Of a DNA stretch of 64,000 nt, positions 41,701 to 53,700 are shown piece by piece (within the stretch, counting starts at the first letter, position 1; every line of letters begins with the position of its first letter). The notes beneath the pieces were generated by a model. That model was not told the DNA's origin. It did no database searches and saw only the letters and a program-made list of their open reading frames with translations. A program made the position numbers and the translations under genes. The DNA is from Phoronis australis. Taxonomy: Eukaryota; Animalia; Phoronida. The stretch is taken from assembly GCA_002633005.1 (NCBI GenBank), contig NMRA01000672.1, positions 1 to 64,000 on the forward strand, in the 5' to 3' direction.

Positions 41701-44700
41701 AGTAAAAATCGTAATCAAATAAATTAAACCTGTTCAGTTGCACTAAGTACTTACTAAAATCCTTAAATTTTAATTTGTAAAACTAAAAAAAGGCATTTCA
41801 TCACTGTTTAGCTGTTAATGTTAAGTGCGTAACCGAAACGGTGACAATCCTACCTTGAACAGCGAGGCTGAAATCCCGGGAGGCATTGCCAACAGGGTTA
41901 CTAGCGACGCAACGATAACTGCCAACATCTAACAACTGAGCGACAAGAATGTGCAGTTTTCTCCCCTGTCCAAGAATGCGAATGCTCGGGTGGCTGGCAG
42001 CTGTAATCTCACTATTGTCCTCGTACCATGTGATTGTCGGCTGCGGTATGCCAGACGCGACGCAGTCCATCGTGACCTTCTTATTCAGGATCACCGTGAG
42101 GTCAGTCACCTTGTCGGAATTTTCAATAGCAGGTGGCACTTGAAAACACCAGAAAAGTAAATGAGGTAATACTTTTGTCGAGTGAACAGAAAACCACACT
42201 AAAGTTCCTCATCCCAAAATTGTTCTACGGTCACACAGATGATGATTTAAAGTATGAGTAACTCCACTCTCTCTGTAGTAGATTTTGTGATCATGACTTG
42301 TCGCATAACAACATACAAATACGTGAGTGAAGAGCTTTCTACTGCTCAACACACTACTAACAGTCCAAAACAACTGTGGTACTGTTAGAATATTCTGAAG
42401 TACCATTACACATTACTACATTAATTCATAAACGAAGGCCACAGACGCATTAGGCAGGAAGGAGGCAGGGTTCAGTGTGGGCAGTCAACCACTGCTCAAC
42501 CACAAACTAATTAACATTGCATCAACATAATTAAGTCAAAATAGGTCACGCTTGAGGCAGGGCTTGGAATGACCGACAAAAAAAGAAATTTGATGTATCG
42601 TTCCACAAATAAATAGGCTTGCGTGACAGAAATATTTTTAGTGTGGTAAAATTTAACTGAAATAAATGTTTTTGCACGAATAAAGTCAAAATAATGATAA
42701 AAAGACGACAAAAGAGGAAACTGGAAATCAAATAAGAGGAAATCAAATAAGAGGAAATCTTCTTAAAAGAGGAAAATTCCAAGCCCTATAAGTCAAAACG
42801 GGTCAACGTCAAAACCAGATTGGATCACCATAAGCACCAAGATCTATTTGTTTTCTATGTATAACATAATTTTTGTTTAATTTTCAATAAATTTTGAAAC
42901 AAAGTCTAAAAACATTGATAGAATACGTGACAAAAACAAATACGACTGGTTGACAACAGCGACAAAGAAGTTAAAATTAGTGCCATATTAAATTGTTGTT
43001 TACCCAGAACCTCCAGGTTGAATCTCTTGTCCACCTGGCCAGCCTTGTTCCTAGCTCGGCATGTGTAGCGCCCAGTCTGTGACGTCGTTGCCGATTTGAT
43101 TATCAGGCCAAGTCCACCTTCAATAATGCTGCAATGGAGAAAGGCAATTTTTGGACTTTAGTCTCCTGAAAACTTATACCAGGTAAGGTGAAATTATGAA
43201 AACTTTCATGCGTGTTCCTAATACTTATTTATTGTTAGTAATGAGCGGTTAATAAACATATCATTTTGTGAATACGGTAAAATGTCTTCAATTTCAGAAT
43301 AAAATAATGGCCAAAGTTGAGCTTTTTAGATTTTTGAAGTGCTTTTAACATTGTTGTGAATGGTCGCATTTAGGTATAGAACTTGAACACGGAAAACATG
43401 AAAAATAATTATATAAAAATAAAATTTCACTTGTCTTAAATTGGCGAGAGTATTTTCCTGTACTTTGAAAATGTATGCTGCAAATCAGAATTAACATATT
43501 ACCTAACCTGAGGGTTTGGATGCCGCTTTGCACAATCATACTGAATTTACAAAGAGTATTACTTATTATTATACACAACAGGCACTGCATTGTGGGTAAG
43601 GAAATATCTGAGAAAAACGTTTTCAGGGGAGACAATTCACACTGCAATACCTGTAGTGTCCAAATGACTCTGTTCCAATCTCAGTGCCATCCTTGTACCA
43701 CTCGATCTCAGGGAATGGCTTGCCATTTACAGGACAGTTCAGGGTAATCGAGCGACCTTGAACAACCTTGTGATCCTCAACAAGTGGACCATCAATAACC
43801 GGGGGAACTGAAAGTCAGAAATAATGACTATGTGATACATTCTCGAAAACTTTGAAACACCAGTAAAGTGAAATCCTTAAAATTGTACAAAACGTTTGTT
43901 TTATTCCATCAATATAGTTGTTTTTAGAACGTTATTTATGTGACTAAGTCAATACCCTCGTCTGCATTGCCAACAAACATTTGACACGGTGACTCTCTTA
44001 TGTCTTTCAAACATTCCTTTAACAGCTTTAAATCATCAAAAAATTAGGTCAAGCTGAAACCGCAAACTTGAAATTGGATCAAATCAAGTTTGCAGACAAA
44101 GATGAATGTTTTCAATCAACGAACTCCATTCACCCTCCTTTATTGCGCGAAATTAGAAATATTTACCCACCATAATAAAAATGAAACAAAGTGTTCCAAC
44201 CAAAACATGAACCAATGCTACTCAAAGATGGCGCTGCAACAACTTTACATACTTAAGCGTGTGTATTTATAGCAAAGCACCTTCATTTTTTAAATGCGCC
44301 CTTAAATTTTTGACAATTAAAAAAATAATAATAAAAAATAATGATAAAATAGTACAGTGATTAAAGTAAGTTATCTTACCGAGAACAGTGATTGAAAATG
44401 TCTTTGATGTTTTTCCCGCACGATTATTCGCCTGGCACGTGTAGTCTCCTTCGTCTTCTTTCTTCATTTCCAAAAGCGTAAGTCGCATCTCGTCAGCGGA
44501 CATCTCAATATTCTCGTAGTCATCCAAGTCAAAAAGAGGCTTAGTGCCAGCGTACCATATCATAGACGGGTCAGGGATACCAGAAGCAGGGCAGTGTAGT
44601 GTAACTGTCGTGTTCTCTATGACCTCCATGTTGGAGTTGATGCCCGTGTCATCTATGGTTGGTGGGACTGGAATGGGAGATGAAATAAATTAGAGTGGGC

Positions 44701-47700
44701 CCTCATGTCATAAATATAAAAGAATAGCAGTAACAAGTCTAAAGTTAATATTTTGTATTAATTTCTAACGACCAGCATCATAAATTTCATGGTTATCCAC
44801 CCATTTAGCACATTGGTTGGACATGTGAAATTTTGTTTCACCAAATTTCTATCCAAAATTTAATGACCAGTATAGTTTGGTATCAGCCCTTCATTGGCAC
44901 AAACCTGATTGAAGGCACGACTGTACTTTTTGTTCGACATACAGCTTAATACATATTCGCTCAAAGTCACTTTACAATCTCCTATCTTCAGGCATGCAGC
45001 TATGAAGCAAAACACCAAGAGACATAACGTACAAACGAGTTAAAATAGTTGCTACATTTCGAGACTACATATCTCATCATTAGACATCGAGTGAATGAAT
45101 ATAGAGGAAGCAAAATAAACACTGAAATAAACGGTGAAGGAAATTTTAGTCTATCGTTAGTTTGGTTGCTAATGTGTGGATGCAATAACACAACAATTGG
45201 TAAAGTTTCCGTAAGAAATTAAGGATTCAATTTGTATAGATTGCACAGCGAAACACAGCCCGAATTGCCTGTGATATTCTTTTGTTTAGCTGTAGGCAGC
45301 GCCATCACTGACAGCCACCTCTGTTCCCTACTCTGCAAATAAAAGAACTCTGTCAAAAAAACTCCAGCATTTGTAGTTACTGGCTATTCAAATCCCAACT
45401 GGTAAGAAAAATTCAACGTTTGTGGTTGGAAAATGAGATGTAGCACCTAATGTGAAGAATGATCAAAGCTAATTAACATGCATAACCAACTGAAGTGCAC
45501 GGGCATGTTCCAAGAAATAGACTTATAAGTTCATTTTCGACGTAAGTTTAAGATTTGTCTTAACTTCCAAACTTTGAAACTTCCACATCCGGTAAGTTGG
45601 TCGAAATTAAGGCAAAACTTATGTCAAACACCTAAGTCAAGCTTAAGATCTCTTTCTTGAAATGGTTTCGAGACAAATTTAATTTTTATTTAAAAATTTA
45701 CTAAAATTGTCTTAGCTAAGTCAGTTTTGTTGGAACAGGCCCCACGTCTTTAAACAACGGAATTGAAAGAAGTCAACCTACTCAAAACAGTCAGTTCGAA
45801 GTTCTTCCTCAGTTCTCCAGCCTCATTCTCAGCCACGCATGTGTAGACGCCAGTGTCAGATGGATGTGCTCGAGCAATCTCCAGGAACTGTCCCTGGGAG
45901 ACGATGGAGATCATGTCGTTCTCCTCCACACGTCGCCCGTCCCTTAGCCACGTGACCTTGGGGGCTGGGATGCCGAATACCGGGCACTCGATGATCACCG
46001 TGCGATTGGCGACAACTTTGGGGTCAGCAATGGCATTGGACAAGTCAATAGAGGGCGGCACTGTAGACAGAAAATTAAACATTAAATCAAAAAATTAATC
46101 ACAAATAAAAAGTTAAAGTCCCTGAATGCTCTGACAAGACTTCCATGGCATTGGTCAGTGTAACATCGTTTTCACCTGATGATCTAAAAATCAATGGGGT
46201 TGATCATAAATTATATTTCACAAAATTCTTCAAAATAGGAAATTTCTTGAACCATCTTTTCTGAATGGAATTTAATGTAATTTGTTAAACTGCACACCTA
46301 AAATCATCAAGACTACAGTCAAACTAATAGTACCACCCAGCTAAAATTACAGAGTTAAAATAATCGTATTTCAAATCACTAAACTGAAAGATTTGAACCA
46401 ATACGGCTGCACAACAGGTCAAACTACAATGCCACAAAGTGTAGTCTTTCAAAAACAAAAACATTCAGTTCGTTGTACCAACCTAAAACAGTAACATCGA
46501 AATCTAGGGTGTCCCTGCCAGCCACATTAGTAGCTATACAAGTGTAGCGTGCCCTATCTGATTCGACGATGTTTGAAATCTTCAGCCGGTAGCCATTATC
46601 TAGCACCTCCACGTTCCTGCTTCTGATTGGTACCCGCTCTTTGACCCATGTAATGGTTGGAGTCGGAATACCCCTCGCCGGACAGTTCAGAATAACAGTA
46701 CGGCCTTTGATGATCCTCGGTGACGTGTCTAAACCAGTAGCATCAATATGGGGTGGCACTGAAAGAAAAATGATTGCACTTTATTACCCACAATCCATCA
46801 GTATCAAGAAACTGGGTATGACATCATCTGCAAGCATTCAGTGATCGTCTGCTTGTAACTCTGCAAGTGAAGTCACTGGCTTTGCTCATTAGCATGTTTT
46901 CTGACGAGAAAACAAAAGATGAAAAGTGAAATTGGTGATTTTTTTGGACTTTGAATCAACTCTTCAAAAAATATCTTCTTTCCACCCAATTCCATTAATT
47001 CATCATACACGATACTTCCCAAATGGTAACATTTTAAGGACTGCGTAAAGTCATTGGTGAAGGGACAATTTTACTTTTGCCATGCACAGTATATTATCGA
47101 CTCTCCTTTCATTCTAACAACTAAATAATCAGAAATTCCTTACTCCAAACCGTCAGATCAAAATCCGCATCATCTTGCCCAGCCTCATTCTTTGCAATGC
47201 AGGTGAAGCGTGCCGTGTCGCTCTCCTGAGCACGGCGAATTTCCAGTTTGCTGCCACCAAAGAGAGCCTTGTAGCGGGGATGAGGGAAGGCAATTTCTTG
47301 CCCGTTCTGCAGCCACGTGATCTCCGGGGAAGGGATACCGCTGGCAGGGCAGTCGATGATAGCAGTGCGATTGACGATCACCTTGGGTTCCTGGTCCAAC
47401 GATGATTTGTCAATGGTTGGTGGTACTGAAAATAAGCAAGGCTTGCAATGACTAATGACAAAAAAGAGGAAATTTTTCCAAATGATGTATCATTCCACAA
47501 AAGGCTTATGTGATAAAAACATTTTTGTGTGAGTTGTAAAATTTAATTGAAATAAATGCTTTTGCATGAATAAAGTCAAAATAAGTACAACAAAGTGACG
47601 AATATAGAGGGAACTGCAAATCAAATTCTAAACCAAAAAAGATCAAATCCTCTTAAAAGAGGAAAGCTCAGAATAAAACATACTCTCAACTGTTTGCTCT

Positions 47701-50700
47701 GACCTTTTGCAAAATAGTATAGTAATTCACATATTATGAGCAAAATTAATTGCCAAAATTCTCATTCTCTTTATTTTTAAAGGCGGGTTACTGTAATTCA
47801 GATATTAGAAATTAAATATTATTTTATGACATCCGCACACCAACAACAGGTTGAAATTTTCTCAACATTCATTTTTGCTAAGAAATTTGACAATAAAATC
47901 TTACTTCAATAAAATCTTACTTGTCCAGCATGAGCTTAAAAACAGAAGAATTACGACATCTCGGTGATAACATTTGCCCCAATTCCAGTTGTAACTGCTA
48001 TACTTAAGCTGGTATAATGGCCTATGCTTTGCGATCTTTCCACAATGTCTAGAAACCGTACCTCACGTGATACTAAAAATCTTACTTGGGAGCCCAGTTG
48101 TGCAACACACAGGCAGGTACCAAAGAAAATAGAGCATTGATCCCTATCGTCTTGCTAAATCAAATGAAGTCCATTCAAACAGCTTAAAAACAGCACGATG
48201 TAACATCCAATTCCTACAATCCAACATTTCACCCATTGGTTTCTAATTAGGTCAGGTACAGACCAAAGCAACAATATCCTTTTGGCTGGAGATTTTCATT
48301 TAAGGTAGGGACAACATCAATAATATTTGCGTTCCTTTTCAAACAAACTTCATCAAAGCGCAAGGATCTCATCACTACTCACCCAGAACATCCAGTTTGA
48401 AGTCTACCTGCGAGTCGCCAGCCTCGTTGGACGCTCGGCACGTGTATATACCCGTATCGGAGACCTGAGCGTTGCTTATCTCCAACTTTAGGCCCTGCTG
48501 GAGAACACGGAGGTTGGGTTGGGCCTGCAAGTCCAGAGTGCGGTCATTCTTGAGCCAGACGATGCGTGGAACAGGGATACCAGTGGCTGGACAGTCGATG
48601 ACTATTGTCTGGTTGACGATGACTTTAGGGTTGGTGTTGATGCCCGTCATAAGGATAGACGATGGTACTAGGAAAAAGAGTGGCAAATGTAAACATTTCT
48701 ACAGAGGAATCGCTACATTTACACTTTTCTTCGATATTTACAAATCAACACTTGGCAATTTATTTCAAATTGTAAGAAAAGCAAGTCTGCAGGCAATATC
48801 GGCAGTTCAGAAATCGATAATAATCACTTGCAGGTGACCCAGATTTTGTGCAATTATAGCACATTCAAGTTTGAGCATGCAATACACACATAAAAAATGT
48901 CTTGCAATAAGTAATCTGCACGCAACTTTATTACTTAACTCACCAAATATTGTGGCAACTCTAAAATACATCGCCACGTCGTGCACCTTTTTGGTTCCAA
49001 ATCAGCAAAACCAAAACAAGTACAAGAACACTCATTATCAACCACACAACCTTCTCACCATAGACATCCAAATCAAAGTCCAAATCCGTCTGCCCAGCTT
49101 TGTTCGTGACCAGACAACGATACGTATCGGTATCGGTGACTTGGGCACTGCGTATTTTCAGTTGCCGTCCTCCCGACAACAAGTCGACATTCTGATTGGT
49201 CAGATCTAGCACCTCGCCACCCTTCAACCATATGATCTCTGGCGGAGGGTTGCCAGCAGCGGGGCAGTCGATGGTGATGGAGTTGTTGACGACGACAGAA
49301 GGGTTGGTGATTACGTTGTCAGTGTTGATGTACGGAGGTACTGTAATAGAACACAACACATGGTGAATCAAAAAATATGCTTCATTACAAATTAAAGTCT
49401 GTCGCAAGATAGTTTCCAAAGATAAAAAGAAGACGTGGGTTGGCAAAATAAAGGTCATTTAATATGACAAAACGGTCAGTAGTACAAAGTTTTCAAATGT
49501 TTTAAGGTAACCTCTTCAGTGTCTGCTTGTTTTCCAAGAAGTCTCTCAACAACAGTCGATGTTAACGCTATGTCACAAAACACAGGATTCCAACTCAAGC
49601 CTCACATACGAGTGCCTGTAGTCCAGACCACCTATTGGCACCAATTGTATTAAGCAATACATACACAGAAGTGGGGATTGCATTACACATGCGGGACGAA
49701 AAACAGATTAGAAACACAAAAGCTGGAGACCATATTAATCTTTCTTTATCTGGTTTCGCAGCAAAAGAGACTCCACACCACAATACTAAGGTGTCACAAA
49801 GGAATGACACAAGAAATCTGTAGATGTCAGTAACCACCATGAGCAAAAGAGAAACAAAAGACCAGTAATAATGTTAAGCCTCTTGATACTATCATTTCAT
49901 GCATAATAAGCAAAAAACAGACTGACCGAGGACTTTCAAATCAAAGTATTTCTCAGCATCTCCAGCTTGATTCACTGCCCGACAAACATAGCGAGTGGCA
50001 TCTGAGACCTCAGCAGCCGTGAGGCGTAACCTTTGACCTCCCTCCAATATGAAGACGCGCTCCAAGAAGGAGTTCCCACTGAAGCTGACAGTATTGGGGT
50101 TGGCAACAACGTCACCACGAACTGGGCCTCGGTCAGGGGCTGGAAACAATTCCATACGACATCAAACGAGCATTTACAAATTAATAAGTTTTTATTCCAC
50201 AAGTGTTTAGTGACCCTTAGCAATACAAAAAATCTAAAACCATAATAATGTGTATCCCAAATATTTCTAAGCCTGGTCAGCACGCCACCAGTGGCAACAT
50301 CAAGTTAGAAACAAAAATTATCATGCAGTGTAACCTACAATACAAAACTGTCAGCTTATCGATAGTGTCAAACGCGTTTGTGAAATCAAGAAATAGGTTA
50401 GTTTTCTCTAGTCACTGACATGTTGCTCTTAATCAATAGCATCCACAATGTATATTCACCAGTGATTTCCACATTGTCCTTGTACCATCGTATCCTGGGG
50501 TGAGGGATACCTGTCGCAGGGCACAGTAAGTCAATGCTGTCACCAACCACCACTTCAGGAGTCGCTACTTCATCAGAGTTGGCAATAATCGGGGGAACTG
50601 CAATGACATGAATGTTCTGTTAACTGCCCAAAAATACCTCCATGTTTAGAACATTCCCCCACTGCGTTTACTGGAAACCACAACTGCCAATGACTCTTTG

Positions 50701-53700
50701 AAACAATAACTGGAATTCCATCTTAGTAAAAGAGGCTTTGTTACAACCAAAAGGACAAAATCATTAAACAGCATAACTCAGTCAGACAACTGAGGATTCT
50801 GTGGTAACGTAATACCACTTCTGTGAAACGAAAAGTTCAAATGGAACAAGTCAACAATATTTTTCACAATACTGACTGACAGGAAGGACAGCGCTCTAAT
50901 CCCACATCCTCAGGGTAAGTGGTGAAGCAAATTAAACAGAAAACCTGTTTTATCGCAACTTAAGAAGAAACAATTACGCTTATCCATAACTTACCCTGCA
51001 CAGCCACCTCAAAGATCTTTGTCTGTTCACCAGCTTCGTTCTTCACCACACACGCGTACCGTCCTGTGTCATCCACGGCTGTAGCCACGAATACCAGGCG
51101 TCGGCCACGGTCTTCCAACGACACATCAGGATCAGCATCGACATCCAGCGGACGGCCATCTTTGTACCACGTGATCGTGGGCGGGGGTGTACCAACAGCA
51201 GGGCAGTGGACAGTCAAGGGGTTGTCCTTGATGACAGTGATGTTCCGGCCTGATGCTTTGGATTCATCAATTTTCGCAGGATCTGTTGTTAATGAGCAAT
51301 GATTGTAAAAACGGAAATGTTATCTATCCAAGAGAATGTTTAAGACGATACAAAACATTACAAATAATTGAAACGATGAAAACAACTAGAGTGGAGGCGA
51401 CACATTGTTGCATTAATTATCATCCATAATCAAATAATTATAATACTCAGAAGAAATCTTGTTTGTCTTAATTTTGTAAGAAAATTCTCAAGACACAGAA
51501 ATGAAATTGCAGGCTCTCTAGAAATGAAGATACCAAAGTTGATGCTTATCAATAGAAGCAGACGTACCTAAGACATCAACATCCGTGTTCTTCTGGGTTG
51601 ACCCCGCCACATTCTCCGCTATACACCTGTATCGTCCTTTGTCACTCAACTTGGCCTTGAGAATGGTGAGCGTCTTGCCGCGATGGGAGACTTTTAAATG
51701 GCCTTTCTCGGCAGCAAGATCAATAGGCTCATTATCCTTGTACCTTAGGTCGTAAAAAAAACATGAACTTTTCAACATTTTGCAGCTGCTTTAGTCAAAA
51801 ATGTAATTAATGATTCTCTGGAGAATATTTACCGTGTGATAATGAAAATGAAATGATCAATACAACATTTAAAAGGTTTGTTACTTTATAGTCCAGTTTT
51901 GCCAAATTCTGTTTGATGTTGAAATATGGGCTGCGTTATGCACGTCAAGTTTCTGCGAGAAAAGCAAGAGATCACCATGGGATAAAAGCAAAGCAATTAA
52001 GTGCTCACACTAGTTTTGGTCGCGAGTGTCTTTTGTCAACACAAAGTATCACACAACACAAATGGCATTAGCCATGACGTTAAAATTTATCAATAGTTAC
52101 TGTAGTTTGTAATGGCAACAAAAAGCAAAATCAATTTTCCATTCTGGGACTGGGGCTATTCAGCACCCACAAGGGGGTGATTATCTCAGTTCTCAGCCAC
52201 GACCATGAACTCTTAGTAAGCTGTGTTTAAGTTACACAGTCCAACTGGGTTTACAAAGAACTACTTTTACTGACCTTGCGTGTCAATTTCTAAAGACATA
52301 TTGATTGTGAATGACACCCATGATTTAAACATTAAAAATTCTAAACTACTATGGGGACTAGTGTCAGACCCCCTCAAAGCCAAAAATGCTATCTCATTGT
52401 ATCCACTATGGAAGAATCTTTACCATGCTCATATGGCATTATCAAGCCTTGAAAGGAGACCTACCATGTGATAGTTGGGAGTGGGAGGGCAGTGACAGGG
52501 CAGTTGATGGAGAGGGAATCGTTGACGACGACCTTCATCTTGTCTACGTCACACTCGCTGGGGTCTTCACACTCGTCGCCACCGAAACGAGGCTTCACTA
52601 GAGACAAGCATTCAAGAAAGAAGAAATCATTACAGGGCTTTTCCTTTCCTATCTTTATCAGGTAACTGTCATGTAAAGGATTTTGAGAACCAGTTTTGTC
52701 CACTTAGTAACACGCATCAAACTGGTTCTCAGGACATCTACCAAGAAAATTTACTTTTTGTTAACGTACTTATTGTAAAGAAATCACCAAAGAGCATTTG
52801 CAAAAAGTTGAAAATTAACTATTTCAGTAATTAATAACTGCTTTTATTTGTCTTAAATAGATGACCTTCAACCTTAATGAATTATACTTACAGTAAATAA
52901 CCAAGTCGACGATGTTTGACCCAGTGCCAGCAGGATTGGTGGCGATACACTTGTATGTTCCGCGATCCGACGCTTGAGCCTTGGTCACCTGCAGAGATCC
53001 ATCCTCCAGGAATCTTACTCCCAGCTCATTTCCCGTCAAATGTTCGCCATTTTTGTACCAAGTAATGATGGGCCTGGGCGTTCCCTTGGCCGGACAGATC
53101 AACACAACTGACTGACCCTCGATGACGCTGGAGTTCTTGGGAACATTCGAAGGGAAGAACGGAGGTTCTGTAAAGAGGAAAAACTGCTTCATCCATTTAA
53201 GAATCTGGTTTAAAAATTAACATGGAGCTGGTGATTGTACTAGCTTGAAATGAGATCGTTCTGATGTCCACCAAGGCCTAGTTACAAACAAGATTATCCA
53301 CTAGCAGTTTATCGTGAGATGTTGCCAACCCACAAGTGGTGAGATAAAGTGAACCTTCTTAGAATAAAGGTTGTAAGCAAGTGATGAACGAGTTTACCTT
53401 AGCGTTTCACAAGTGACAAATAAATGAAGTTTGCGGGCGTTGAATCATCTCGTTAATGAAATCAATGAGTTTCATTTGGTAAGTGCTTTCATCAAGATGA
53501 CAGCCTACAGTAACAAAGGAACAGTAAAGAACAACAAAAGAACGTCTCAACACACCGTGTATGATAAGCTCCACGCTCTGCTGAGTCTGGCCAGCCGGGT
53601 TCTTGGCTACGCACACATACGTTTCCGTATCTGACAGTTTGGCTTCATTAATGACAAGTGATCCATTGCGCTTGATGGAGATGCCTCGGATGAGGTGCTC

